Below are positions 9,476 through 18,996 of a stretch of 64,000 nucleotides of DNA, one piece after another (position 1 is the first letter of the stretch; each line of letters starts with the position of its first letter). This DNA is from Candidatus Aegiribacteria sp. (lineage in GTDB: Bacteria > Fermentibacterota > Fermentibacteria > Fermentibacterales > JCC-6), in contig JAUVEU010000008.1 in NCBI GenBank assembly GCA_030594645.1, forward strand, positions 1,127 to 65,126, given 5' to 3'. The position numbers were made by a program, and so were the translations under genes. The notes under the pieces were generated by a model. The model was not told the origin of the DNA and searched no databases. It was given only the letters and a program-made list of their open reading frames with translations.

Positions 9476-10168
9476 TCACACATTATATCCGCTGCGCCTT
9501 AGAATATCATCTGCGTCATTTACTGACGTAAAAGGAATGTTGATATTCGTGCCGTTCATCCTGAAAGTGCTTTCTGACGGTGTACATCCTATCGCAAGTA
9601 CTTTTGCGGAATGAACATCTATGTCCAGATCAATAAAGGCCAGATAATCGGATTTACAGACTTCAATCCCTACCGCAACACCACTCGCAAGTTTTGAAAC
9701 ATCTTCAAGGCCAATACTTCCACCTGTCATCGGTGGGTATTTGCCTTGCTGCAGAGGCTCCTGCGAGAATTCTTCTTCACTAAGCAAAACCCCGGTTGAC
9801 AGTACAAGGCTTGTTGAAAAAGCAGGAAATATAATCAGATCTCTTCTTATCGCTTTGAAAGATTCAACAAGATCGAGATTCCCCCCGTGAAAGTCTCTCT
9901 GACCTGCAATCGGTACGGTTCTGGATTCGCTTCGAGAAATCCTTCTGAGTATGTCTACGGTCGCATCAACCTTCCAGAAAGGGAGAAGAATTGTCCCGGA
10001 ATCGTCATAACGGGTGAATTCTATTTCAACAGGAGCGAGTTTATCGCCGGACACCAGGCATCTGCCGCATTCAGTACAGAAAAAGATAACATCTGTTGAA
10101 AGCCCATCAAGATCATTTCCACAATCGGGACACCTCAGAACAGTAACACTCAAGGACCTATTCTGCAT
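9476..10168 (-). CDS. Zinc-ribbon protein 1 (N-terminal CPDCG..CTECG, soluble, no TM). Paralog cluster member, unknown function.
   Basis: Two CxxC pairs at the N-terminus. An ILLPFW motif is shared with the neighbours. Confidence 0.5.
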   Translation of the reverse strand: MQNRSLSVTVLRCPDCGNDLDGLSTDVIFFCTECGRCLVSGDKLAPVEIEFTRYDDSGTILLPFWKVDATVDILRRISRSESRTVPIAGQRDFHGGNLDLVESFKAIRRDLIIFPAFSTSLVLSTGVLLSEEEFSQEPLQQGKYPPMTGGSIGLEDVSKLASGVAVGIEVCKSDYLAFIDLDIDVHSAKVLAIGCTPSESTFRMNGTNINIPFTSVNDADDILRRSGYNV

Positions 10169-10185
10169 ACTTGAGCTTCTTACGA

Positions 10186-11259
10186 TTATACAATTATTTC
10201 GCTCCCTTTTCCTTTAAGATTACTGAGTATCTTCAGCAGATGATAAGTCCCATAGGCAAGTCCTGCCATGATTATAATGATTACAGGCATACAGCTCGAT
10301 TGGTTTCCAGAAACCGATCTGTAATCCAGTTTACCACTGAACACCAGATTGACGAAAATCGGTAACAGTCCCGCCCAGAAAACCGCCATCGCGATTGTAA
10401 TTATCCTTTTGTCTTTGTTCGATGAGGGAAAGCGACCCCGCAACACCTCACCGGATCGTCCATCAACAACAACCTGAAAAGTCCTGCCGTCAAATCTGAA
10501 ATCAGTTACCCACAGCGGGTAATAGACAAGCATTTCGCGATGACCGGAAACAAGAATGTACTCCCACCTTTCCTCAAGGCCAAAACCCGCACCGGATGCA
10601 AGTCTGCGAAGGTATTTTACCGTCTGTGCACGCGCTTTGATAAGAGACACTATCGGGTCAACGAAGACACCATCTCTGGACGCTTCATTCTCAAGCACTT
10701 CCAGACCATCCGGCAGCATGTCACGCTGAATATCCAGCCCCTGTATAGAAAGCTGAGAGTCCGCTGAAAGTGTGGGTATCCCGAGCGGTTCCAGATCAGC
10801 TCCACTGATGTTAACACATCCGGAAATCTGTATCTCCCTCTCAACCGCATTGGAACCGGTTCTTGTCTTGATGTTTTTAACTAAAGATATCGTGTATCCG
10901 GATGGTCCCATTCCCACATTACCGCCAACGGGAACCTCAATATCCCGGAACAACGGTTCCACGCCAAGCAGATAACCGTTCACCTGCGCGCTGCAATGCC
11001 AGAACGGAACATAGTACAGAATTGGTCTGCTGACCTTCGCACTCTCTGTTCCATGCGTATTGATGCTCTGCAGCTTTCTCCGGATGGATCGCAGTACGTC
11101 AATACTCGATTGCTTTGATGGCAGTACAAATTTCCCTGCGGCATTCGAGAGGAGAAGACTGCTTGAACAGCTGGGACAGACAGTGTGCGTATCCCCCTCA
11201 CATACATTCAGAAGTCCGCTACAGGAAGGACAGGTTAATGCAAATGATATTTTATTCAT
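10186..11259 (-). CDS. Zinc-ribbon protein 2 (N-terminal CPSC..CPSC, C-terminal 2-TM hairpin). Unknown function.
   Basis: Motifs ILYYVPFW and LVYYPLWV...VVVDGRSGEVL. Two C-terminal hydrophobic helices. The ATGA overlap with the upstream gene suggests translational coupling. Confidence 0.5.
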   Translation of the reverse strand: MNKISFALTCPSCSGLLNVCEGDTHTVCPSCSSSLLLSNAAGKFVLPSKQSSIDVLRSIRRKLQSINTHGTESAKVSRPILYYVPFWHCSAQVNGYLLGVEPLFRDIEVPVGGNVGMGPSGYTISLVKNIKTRTGSNAVEREIQISGCVNISGADLEPLGIPTLSADSQLSIQGLDIQRDMLPDGLEVLENEASRDGVFVDPIVSLIKARAQTVKYLRRLASGAGFGLEERWEYILVSGHREMLVYYPLWVTDFRFDGRTFQVVVDGRSGEVLRGRFPSSNKDKRIITIAMAVFWAGLLPIFVNLVFSGKLDYRSVSGNQSSCMPVIIIIMAGLAYGTYHLLKILSNLKGKGSEIIV

Positions 11260-11951
11260 TTGCTTTTTACCTTATTGACATAAAATACACCTGCGAAAAC
11301 CAGCAGGATAAGAACATGGAACCAGGTTCGGAAAATCCAGGATACATCCATGTTTTTAAGAAGCAGGAAAGCGGGGATTGATACTGCCAATCCCGCCACA
11401 AGAGTAAGAAAGAAGAGTTTTTGCAATTCCATCTCTTTGGAAGCCGTATCATACAAAACAGGAGATTCTCCCAGAAGCTGCCCTGATACGGCATCCACCA
11501 GCACTCCCTCACTGAATCCTTCCAGCTTCAGCATGACGATATAGAAGGGATGAAATACAATCCTGACTGATACTTCATCAATCTTACCTCTGTCAAATGG
11601 AATAAACTCACATGGTTCAGCTATACTTTTATCAAATACCCTTCTGTCTCCAGCAGGAGGGGTATAGCCCTCCAGCTCCTGCCATGGCTGACTGAAACAG
11701 GATATAAGAGTCTTGCCCGTCAATGACTGATCCTCCTCATAGTATGGAAAGTATTTCTTATCCAATGAAATAACCATTCCAGGCGGAAAGAGTCGTTCAA
11801 CATATTCGGTTGAGACAGAAGCCATGACGATTTTCGGTGTATCAGCAGGTGGATCAACTACTATTCTCGCATCGCAGTAAGGACACCTGAGAAAAAAATC
11901 ACTCTCGATAACCATATGTTCCGCGCCGCATTGTGTGCAGTTAATCTTCAT
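11256..11951 (-). CDS. Zinc-ribbon protein 3 (N-terminal CTQCG..CPYC, C-terminal 2-TM hairpin). Unknown function.
   Basis: The likely start is the ATG at 11951, which is M25 of the listed ORF and 1 nt after the kinase TGA. The motif FHPFYIV...VLVDAVSGQLL parallels protein 2. Confidence 0.5.
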   Translation of the reverse strand: MKINCTQCGAEHMVIESDFFLRCPYCDARIVVDPPADTPKIVMASVSTEYVERLFPPGMVISLDKKYFPYYEEDQSLTGKTLISCFSQPWQELEGYTPPAGDRRVFDKSIAEPCEFIPFDRGKIDEVSVRIVFHPFYIVMLKLEGFSEGVLVDAVSGQLLGESPVLYDTASKEMELQKLFFLTLVAGLAVSIPAFLLLKNMDVSWIFRTWFHVLILLVFAGVFYVNKVKSK

Positions 11952-11952
11952 T

Positions 11953-13488
11953 TCAGATACTGCCTCCGGATCCTGTTTGTTTCGAAAGATCTCTGGTCCA
12001 GACACATTTTCCAACAGCTTCACATATGGTTTCTATTCTGAATGGTTTCTTCAGAAAGACAATGTTGGATCCCGATATCTCAGAAACATCTTCATCACTG
12101 CTTGTTATTACAATAACAGCCTTATCTGAAGATATGGAATCAAGTGATATTACTGCTTCGGGTATTAACAGCTTTAAATCAATGACAATTAAATTGAATC
12201 TATCGTCAGAACCAACTGCACTCAGGAGTTCCATATCCGAATAGGAAGCAGTCATATCAAAAACTGAACAGCCAAGGCTTTTAAATGTGGCAACCAGGCA
12301 ATCGGTTTCCATCCCGATGAAACCTGCAATCGCAATCGATGGAATAATATCATTCGCGGTTTCTATTGTAATTCTATCAGCAACAGGCAAATATACCGCA
12401 AATGACGAACCTTTATCTATTTGGGAATTCACAGAGTAGTATCCCTGAAAACTGTGTACGATAGAATAGACTGCTGACAACCCCAGTCCCCTACCCTTTC
12501 CCTTTGTTGAAAAAAATGGATCAAATATCGGGATCAGGTCACTTTCTGAAATCCCGCATCCATCGTCGACAATAGAAATCATGATATAATTCCCGGCGGG
12601 AATCTGTTCCATATCTCCTTCCAGCTCTATCCTGCATGAAGTAAGATTGATCGATCCCTTTCCTCCCGAAGCTTCAGCGGCATTCAGCAGCAGATTCATA
12701 ATAACCTGTTCCAGAAGATCCGAAGTAACTCCAGCGTAACCGGTTCGGTCAGGATATGCCAGGTTCAGTTCTATATCCGGAAAGAGAGCTGAAAGAGCTC
12801 TAACTGTACTCTTCAGCACGTTTTCTACAAGGGTTATTCCCTCTTTCGAATCAGCGCCAAGCTGCCCCGTTGACAGGCAGGAAACCAGTGAGCTTATTCT
12901 GTTAATCACTTCCTCCGCGTCTGTGATCGATAAGAGGACTGCGTTTCTGTCATTGTAACTCCTTCTGATCCTTGAAAGCCGGGCGAGCAATACTGTAAGA
13001 AGATCGTCCAGGTTATGTGCAACCCCTTCAGCCAGAGCTTTCAGAACCCCGGATCTCTGAGCTCTCAGGGTTGCCTTATCTATTTGCCATCTTGAGCTTA
13101 CATCTCTGAATACAACACTTCTAACCGTTTTCCGCTGAATTTCATCATTGAGAGACAGATACATGCTCCCTCTGACAAGTCGTTCAGTTCCATCAGCTGA
13201 AATCAGAATAGTGGAAATGGGAAATGTGAATGTACCATCTTCTGTGACTCCTTCAGAAATACGCTCAGATACAGGTTCACGGCTTTTTTGAATAAGAAAT
13301 TTGCAAATCTCCCACAGAGATTTCCCGCATACTTCCTCCTCACTTGAGCCGATCAGGCTGGAAGCTTCCCGATTTACAAAGGTAATCAGTTCATTATCGT
13401 CAAGCAGTATTACAGCATCTGAGACAGCTGTCAGCATAGATCTGATATCCGGCTTCAATGGTGCTGTTTTCTTCTTCTTCGCTACCAT
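11953..13488 (-). CDS. Soluble PAS-domain hybrid sensor histidine kinase (PAS, HisKA and HATPase domains plus a degenerate C-terminal receiver-like domain).
   Basis: PAS-like N-terminus. H-box AEGVAHNLDDLLT. ATPase motifs NLLLNAAEA, DDGCGI and GKGRGLGLS. No TM segments. Confidence 0.8.
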   Translation of the reverse strand: MVAKKKKTAPLKPDIRSMLTAVSDAVILLDDNELITFVNREASSLIGSSEEEVCGKSLWEICKFLIQKSREPVSERISEGVTEDGTFTFPISTILISADGTERLVRGSMYLSLNDEIQRKTVRSVVFRDVSSRWQIDKATLRAQRSGVLKALAEGVAHNLDDLLTVLLARLSRIRRSYNDRNAVLLSITDAEEVINRISSLVSCLSTGQLGADSKEGITLVENVLKSTVRALSALFPDIELNLAYPDRTGYAGVTSDLLEQVIMNLLLNAAEASGGKGSINLTSCRIELEGDMEQIPAGNYIMISIVDDGCGISESDLIPIFDPFFSTKGKGRGLGLSAVYSIVHSFQGYYSVNSQIDKGSSFAVYLPVADRITIETANDIIPSIAIAGFIGMETDCLVATFKSLGCSVFDMTASYSDMELLSAVGSDDRFNLIVIDLKLLIPEAVISLDSISSDKAVIVITSSDEDVSEISGSNIVFLKKPFRIETICEAVGKCVWTRDLSKQTGSGGSI

Positions 13489-15668
13489 ACGACTATCAAT
13501 CTTCTTGATACCCGCATATGACGTGAAGCATCAAGAACACAGAAATACAAACCTCCGGGCACCTGATATCCGTTTGAATCAGTGCAGTTCCAGCAAGCAG
13601 TATGGGCTCCTGGTGTGTTTATCTGATTTGATATATCCACAATTTTCCTGCCTGAAAGATCGTATATAGCCAGATCGGCACTTCCGGCATCCACCTTCGA
13701 TATTGTTACCGGAATACAGGCCATGCCGGAAACAGGATTGGGACTGATTTGCCCGAGACTTGTATGACCTGAGGGGTGTACTTCAGGAGAAATTCCAAGA
13801 TTGATCTGTGCCAGAACGGCATCGGAAGGCCACGAAGGTCCAAAATCGGGATCCATCGTTACAACCCTGTACCAGAACTCTCCGGATTCGTGTCCCGTAA
13901 ACGTATATGAGTTCACAGGAATATCAAGATCAATAAATTCGTTCTCCTCCCATACTTCCACCATGATATCATCAATATAGAGATAGAGATCGCTTCCGGT
14001 TCCGGCTGTTGCCCATCTGAAGCTGAGAGTATCTCCCTGCCATTCGTCCAGTTCATGTATGGAAAGCCGCCAGTTGGGGTCGTTCCTGCCGAATGTCTGG
14101 AGATAATACCAGTTATCACCGCCATCGTTTGATACTTCAATACTGCCCTGGGAGAAGCGAGCGGAAATATTGAAATAAGCCCAGAAACTCAGTCTTCCTC
14201 CGCCGTTCTCAGGTATGACAGCCGTTTCGGTCCAGATCATCGTACCGGTTCCGCCTGAAAGGTAACTGCTGGGGCCGGAATGGTACTGAGAAGTGGTAGT
14301 ACTCCAGTTATTCATTGTAAACGGGCCGCCGCTTCCATCATCGTCGAGTAGAACCTCATAACCGGCAAGCTCCTGGAGGGCATACGCTGCGGGCATTGAA
14401 GCCATGTTCCAGTTAATCGTGAATGGTATTGAAACCGGTCCGATTTCATCGATCACAACGATATCCGGAACGTGAGGATCAAGAGGGCAACCGGCCAGAA
14501 ACGCGGTAACAAGATAACTTCTGAGATTTCTCCTTGACAGTTTGAGGCTTTCGGTATCTGAAGGCCAGAAACCGGCAAATTTAGCACCTGTTTCATGATT
14601 CCAGCTCATTGCGCCGTATAATCCGTAAGCATGATCACGCGTGTTGCCCGAGGAATAGTAATTGATCTGGGCAGATGGGCCGTGCAGTTCTCCTGTTCCC
14701 CACTGGACCATTATCTCACCCTGAGCATCGTACTCTTCGGCATGCGTGGTCGGGTCAATCGTCCATCCCCAGGGATAGATCAGAATATTTCCGTACGTAT
14801 GGGTTGAATGCATCTGAACGGGTGGATGATCCTGCCAGAAAGCGTCAACATTACCGGCTTCCGGCTCACTCAGAGGACCTGTCCCGTGGTAGGTCTCAGA
14901 AGTTGGAATGTCACTCGATCCGGCACCACCCCAGCCGACAGACCAGTTTCTATTAAGGTCGACACCGTAGGAGCCGCCATTATCACGCCGGTTCTTCCTC
15001 CACATTCCATAACCATAGTTATATGGTTCATTGTAAACATATCCGTCCACATTGTTGCATGGAAGGCACCACAATTCGCGGTTGTCCAGTACGTATGTGG
15101 CCTGGAGGCCGCAGAAACCGTTTCGGCCGTAATTATCGCAGAGCCATTCCATGAAAAACCTGAGATTCCTCATGGAGGACGGTTCTCTTGCATGGATAAG
15201 AGCGTCATACCAGCAGTTGGGAAGGGTGGGATCATCATCCCAGAAACTGTTATTCGCGGATAGCTTAACAACTGTCTGCGGTCTGCCTTCGATAGTTTCA
15301 CCTATTGAAACAGGTGAACTGGTGATAGACGGATATGCAGTGTGCAAATCACTCATCCAGGTAGATATCTCGCTCCAGGTCATGTATATACCGGTGTTTC
15401 TCCCTCCGCCGTCGTACCTGTTGTTATAAAAACGTCCGAGATCATCAATCCTGGTGGTGAATGGTATTCCAGCCTGAAGAAGAATATCATATTCATGCTC
15501 ATTAGCAATGAAGTCGATAGACCCGTCATCGTATACGTGGATGATTTCACAGGATATGGACAGGAAATGGGCCAATTCCCGGTCACTCAAAGGTTTGTAA
15601 TTGAGAAGCGAATATTGATTGCCAGCACCAATCACGGATACAAAAAGCATCAATATTATATATTTCAT
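13482..15668 (-). CDS. M14 zinc carboxypeptidase with a T9SS C-terminal sorting domain.
   Basis: Signal peptide. HAREPSS zinc-ligand motif. C-terminal IYDLSGRKIV...GLYFCVL...RLIVVW, the T9SS type-A CTD pattern. Confidence 0.75.
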   Translation of the reverse strand: MKYIILMLFVSVIGAGNQYSLLNYKPLSDRELAHFLSISCEIIHVYDDGSIDFIANEHEYDILLQAGIPFTTRIDDLGRFYNNRYDGGGRNTGIYMTWSEISTWMSDLHTAYPSITSSPVSIGETIEGRPQTVVKLSANNSFWDDDPTLPNCWYDALIHAREPSSMRNLRFFMEWLCDNYGRNGFCGLQATYVLDNRELWCLPCNNVDGYVYNEPYNYGYGMWRKNRRDNGGSYGVDLNRNWSVGWGGAGSSDIPTSETYHGTGPLSEPEAGNVDAFWQDHPPVQMHSTHTYGNILIYPWGWTIDPTTHAEEYDAQGEIMVQWGTGELHGPSAQINYYSSGNTRDHAYGLYGAMSWNHETGAKFAGFWPSDTESLKLSRRNLRSYLVTAFLAGCPLDPHVPDIVVIDEIGPVSIPFTINWNMASMPAAYALQELAGYEVLLDDDGSGGPFTMNNWSTTTSQYHSGPSSYLSGGTGTMIWTETAVIPENGGGRLSFWAYFNISARFSQGSIEVSNDGGDNWYYLQTFGRNDPNWRLSIHELDEWQGDTLSFRWATAGTGSDLYLYIDDIMVEVWEENEFIDLDIPVNSYTFTGHESGEFWYRVVTMDPDFGPSWPSDAVLAQINLGISPEVHPSGHTSLGQISPNPVSGMACIPVTISKVDAGSADLAIYDLSGRKIVDISNQINTPGAHTACWNCTDSNGYQVPGGLYFCVLDASRHMRVSRRLIVVW

Positions 15669-15762
15669 AACTGTAATCCTCCAGGTGGGAAAAGAGCGAA
15701 CAGTTCATTATTATATAAAAACATAATACACTGTTTTTGAATATAAGTCATGGGAGGCTTTC

Positions 15763-17775
15763 ATGTCAGACAGTTTCAGAGAACAGATTCGTCAGGGCAT
15801 ACCGGATTCAATACCGGAAACACCACCGGATCTCGCAGGAGTCGACCATGCCCCCGCAAGGCCTGACATACTCAATCCTACAGAGAAGAAACTCGCGCTT
15901 AAGAACGCTCTTCGATACTTCCGTAAAAAGTGGCACTCTCAACTGGCTCCGGAATTCGCGAGAGAGCTGAAGGAGGAAGGTAGAATCTATATGCGAAGAT
16001 TCCGCCCCTCATACGAAATGAAAGCCCGTTCCATAAGTGATTATCCCTCGAAGACACCACAGGCAGCGGCTATCATGCTGATGATACAGAACAACCTTGA
16101 TATCGCTGTGGCACAGTATCCTCAGGAGCTTATCACATACGGCGGTAATGGTACTGTATTTCAGAACTGGGCTCAATACCTTCTTACGATGAAATACCTT
16201 TCAGAAATGACAGAGAACCAGACCCTTGTACTCTACTCCGGGCATCCCCTGGGGCTTTTTCCCTCCCATCCGGACGCGCCAAGAGTTGTTCTCTCGAATG
16301 GCATGGTCATTCCCAACTACAGCTCAAGAACGGATTACGACAGAATGGCTGCTCTGGGAGTGACAATGTACGGACAGATGACAGCCGGCAGTTTCATGTA
16401 CATAGGCCCTCAAGGAATCGTCCACGGAACGACCATAACGCTTCTGAACGCAGGTAGAAAATACCTCCGCCTGGCCCCTGATGAAAACCTTGCAGGTAAA
16501 CTGTTCGTTACATCAGGTCTGGGAGGAATGAGCGGTGCTCAGGCAAAGGCCTCCGTCATCGCCGGAGGAATTGGTCTGATTGCCGAAATCAATCCTAAAG
16601 CAATCAAAACAAGGTACGATCAGGGCTGGCTTCAGGAAGTTGAAAGCAACCTGGACAAAGTCCTGCTTAGAATCGAAAGAGCCAGGAAAGAAAAGAAACC
16701 CCTGTCACTCGGATACGCGGGTAATGTGGTCGATCTCTGGAAAAAACTTGCGGAAGAGGGAATACCGGTTGATCTGGGAAGTGATCAGACCTCCCTTCAC
16801 AATCCCTATCTCGGAGGATACTATCCCGCCGGTCTATCTTTCGATGAATCAAACAGGATGATGAACGATGATCCGGATACCTTCCATGAAAAGGTTCAGG
16901 AATCACTTCGAAGTCAGGTACGAGCTATCAACAAACTTCATGAGAGTGGAATGTACTTCTGGGATTATGGCAACGCGTTCCTTCTCGAAGCCTGCCGCGC
17001 GGGTGCGGACGGAATTCGAAAACCGGACGGAACATTCTCATACCCTTCCTACGTTGAGGATATCATGGGCCCCATGTGCTTCGATTACGGTTTCGGACCG
17101 TTCAGATGGGTATGCACTTCCTGTGACCATGAAGACCTCAGAAAATCGGATAACATCGCTGCGGAAGTACTTGAGAACATGTCGAAGAAAGCTGATCCCG
17201 AAATATCCCGTCAGATGATCGATAACGTTACATGGATAAGACATGCTGAAGAAAACAGAATGGTAGTCGGATCGGAAGCCAGAATTCTATATGCCGACAG
17301 ACAGGGAAGAATAAATATCGCACTTGCTTTCAATCAGGCCATTTCGAATGGAACGATAACTGCACCAATAATCCTCGGAAGGGATCATCACGATGTTTCA
17401 GGCACTGATTCACCATATCGTGAGACAGCTAATATCGCGGACGGAAGCATGTTTACGGCTGATATGGCCATTCAGAATGTAATCGGTGATTCATTCAGAG
17501 GAGCAACATGGGTTTCTATCCATAATGGAGGGGGAGTAGGCTGGGGCGAAGTAATGAACGGAGGCTTCGGTCTTCTGCTTGACGGTTCTCCGGAAGCAGG
17601 GAACCGTGCCCGCAATATGCTCACCTGGGATGTTTCCAACGGTCTTGCCAGAAGATCCTGGGCCAGGAATAAGGGCGCTATTTATGCAATAAAAAAGGCA
17701 ATGGATGACGAACCCGATATGAAGATAACAATTCCGGAAATCGCGGACGATGAAATAATCGAGAACTGTTTTTAA
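15763..17775 (+). CDS. hutU: Urocanate hydratase.
   Basis: GGNGTVFQNW, TSGLGGMSGAQAKA and NAD-binding urocanase signatures, with about 100 aa of N-terminal extension. Confidence 0.85.
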   Translation: MSDSFREQIRQGIPDSIPETPPDLAGVDHAPARPDILNPTEKKLALKNALRYFRKKWHSQLAPEFARELKEEGRIYMRRFRPSYEMKARSISDYPSKTPQAAAIMLMIQNNLDIAVAQYPQELITYGGNGTVFQNWAQYLLTMKYLSEMTENQTLVLYSGHPLGLFPSHPDAPRVVLSNGMVIPNYSSRTDYDRMAALGVTMYGQMTAGSFMYIGPQGIVHGTTITLLNAGRKYLRLAPDENLAGKLFVTSGLGGMSGAQAKASVIAGGIGLIAEINPKAIKTRYDQGWLQEVESNLDKVLLRIERARKEKKPLSLGYAGNVVDLWKKLAEEGIPVDLGSDQTSLHNPYLGGYYPAGLSFDESNRMMNDDPDTFHEKVQESLRSQVRAINKLHESGMYFWDYGNAFLLEACRAGADGIRKPDGTFSYPSYVEDIMGPMCFDYGFGPFRWVCTSCDHEDLRKSDNIAAEVLENMSKKADPEISRQMIDNVTWIRHAEENRMVVGSEARILYADRQGRINIALAFNQAISNGTITAPIILGRDHHDVSGTDSPYRETANIADGSMFTADMAIQNVIGDSFRGATWVSIHNGGGVGWGEVMNGGFGLLLDGSPEAGNRARNMLTWDVSNGLARRSWARNKGAIYAIKKAMDDEPDMKITIPEIADDEIIENCF

Positions 17776-17818
17776 ATAGATATACTGATTAGCATTTTCT
17801 ATTAAGAAAGGAATCATC

Positions 17819-18916
17819 ATGAAAAATATTCCCGCACTGCTTCTGGTCCTGTCCGTTACATGTCCATCCCTGGTTCAGGCTTGGGGCTTTCATGACGCGT
17901 TGGATTACGGTTCTCCGATTGTGGCTGTAACTCCGAAATCAAGCGCTATGGGGGGAGTATGGTCAATGCCTTCAGCCGGCCCGGCATCAATATTCCTCAA
18001 TCCGGCTGAATTATCTACACTGGACGGTACGGAGATAACGGTCGGAACAGGAGTTATTCAATGGAGTACTTATACATATGGAGAGCACACATTTTCACAG
18101 ATTCTCAGCGGCACAATTCTTGGATCGCTTACAGCGGCTGCAGGATTCAGACTGAGTGACAGGATATCATTAGGAGTGGGAGTGGCAAGAGTCTCTGATT
18201 TCGGTTTCGAAGGTGAAAACCTGGAGATCATGCTGGAAGGACCTGGAAGGTACAAAGTATATGCGGTGAACAATCTTGACTCCCGGGGCTCTCTCTGGGA
18301 AGTAAATACAGGGATGTCCTTCAAATTGAGCGACTGGCTCATCGCCGGAGCGTCGGGAGGGCTCAGGTCCGGCAGCGGATCATGGACACGTGTATACAAT
18401 TTAGTGTATGAATCAGTCCCGAATGATACTACAAGCTTGGACTGGGATGAATTGGATTTCTGTGCTCATATAGGTTTCCTCATGCCCTTTAAATTCGGAA
18501 CTTTCGGGATATCAGGCACAAACGCGAGCGGTCGCTACCGTTCCAGAGTAGCAATCGGATATCAGAAGGATCTGGAAATCCTGAATGGAAGCACGCTTGG
18601 TCTTGAAGTCGATGTACAATCTATTGAAGAGGATAATCCCGCAGTCTCAGGGAAGTTTTTCGCGGTTTTCTCGGAGATGATCCCGTGTGTCAGATCGATC
18701 TACAGCGTCGGCTTTGACAGAGCCTCCGATTACAAACGAACTGGACTCTGCCTTTCAACAGGAGCATGTATTGATCTGGGCAGAATGGATCTTGATATGG
18801 CAATTTCATGGAGAAGCAGAAGCACAGCCGGATTCAGCTTCCCGGAACCCCATATCGACAACATTGATGATTCAGGAACTTATTTCAACGCCGGATTGAA
18901 CTGGAAACTGTACTGA
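17819..18916 (+). CDS. Outer-membrane beta-barrel protein, FadL/TodX/PorV-like (paralog A).
   Basis: Signal peptide ending in VQA. N-terminal AMGGVWS...ASIFLNPAEL motif. C-terminal aromatic residue (LNWKLY). Confidence 0.6.
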   Translation: MKNIPALLLVLSVTCPSLVQAWGFHDALDYGSPIVAVTPKSSAMGGVWSMPSAGPASIFLNPAELSTLDGTEITVGTGVIQWSTYTYGEHTFSQILSGTILGSLTAAAGFRLSDRISLGVGVARVSDFGFEGENLEIMLEGPGRYKVYAVNNLDSRGSLWEVNTGMSFKLSDWLIAGASGGLRSGSGSWTRVYNLVYESVPNDTTSLDWDELDFCAHIGFLMPFKFGTFGISGTNASGRYRSRVAIGYQKDLEILNGSTLGLEVDVQSIEEDNPAVSGKFFAVFSEMIPCVRSIYSVGFDRASDYKRTGLCLSTGACIDLGRMDLDMAISWRSRSTAGFSFPEPHIDNIDDSGTYFNAGLNWKLY

Positions 18917-18996
18917 TAGAAGCCCAAACATTTCAAAAACCACCCGGAGATCAACGAATGAAAATAGTAACCTTACAACGATAATTCAAAAAATGA

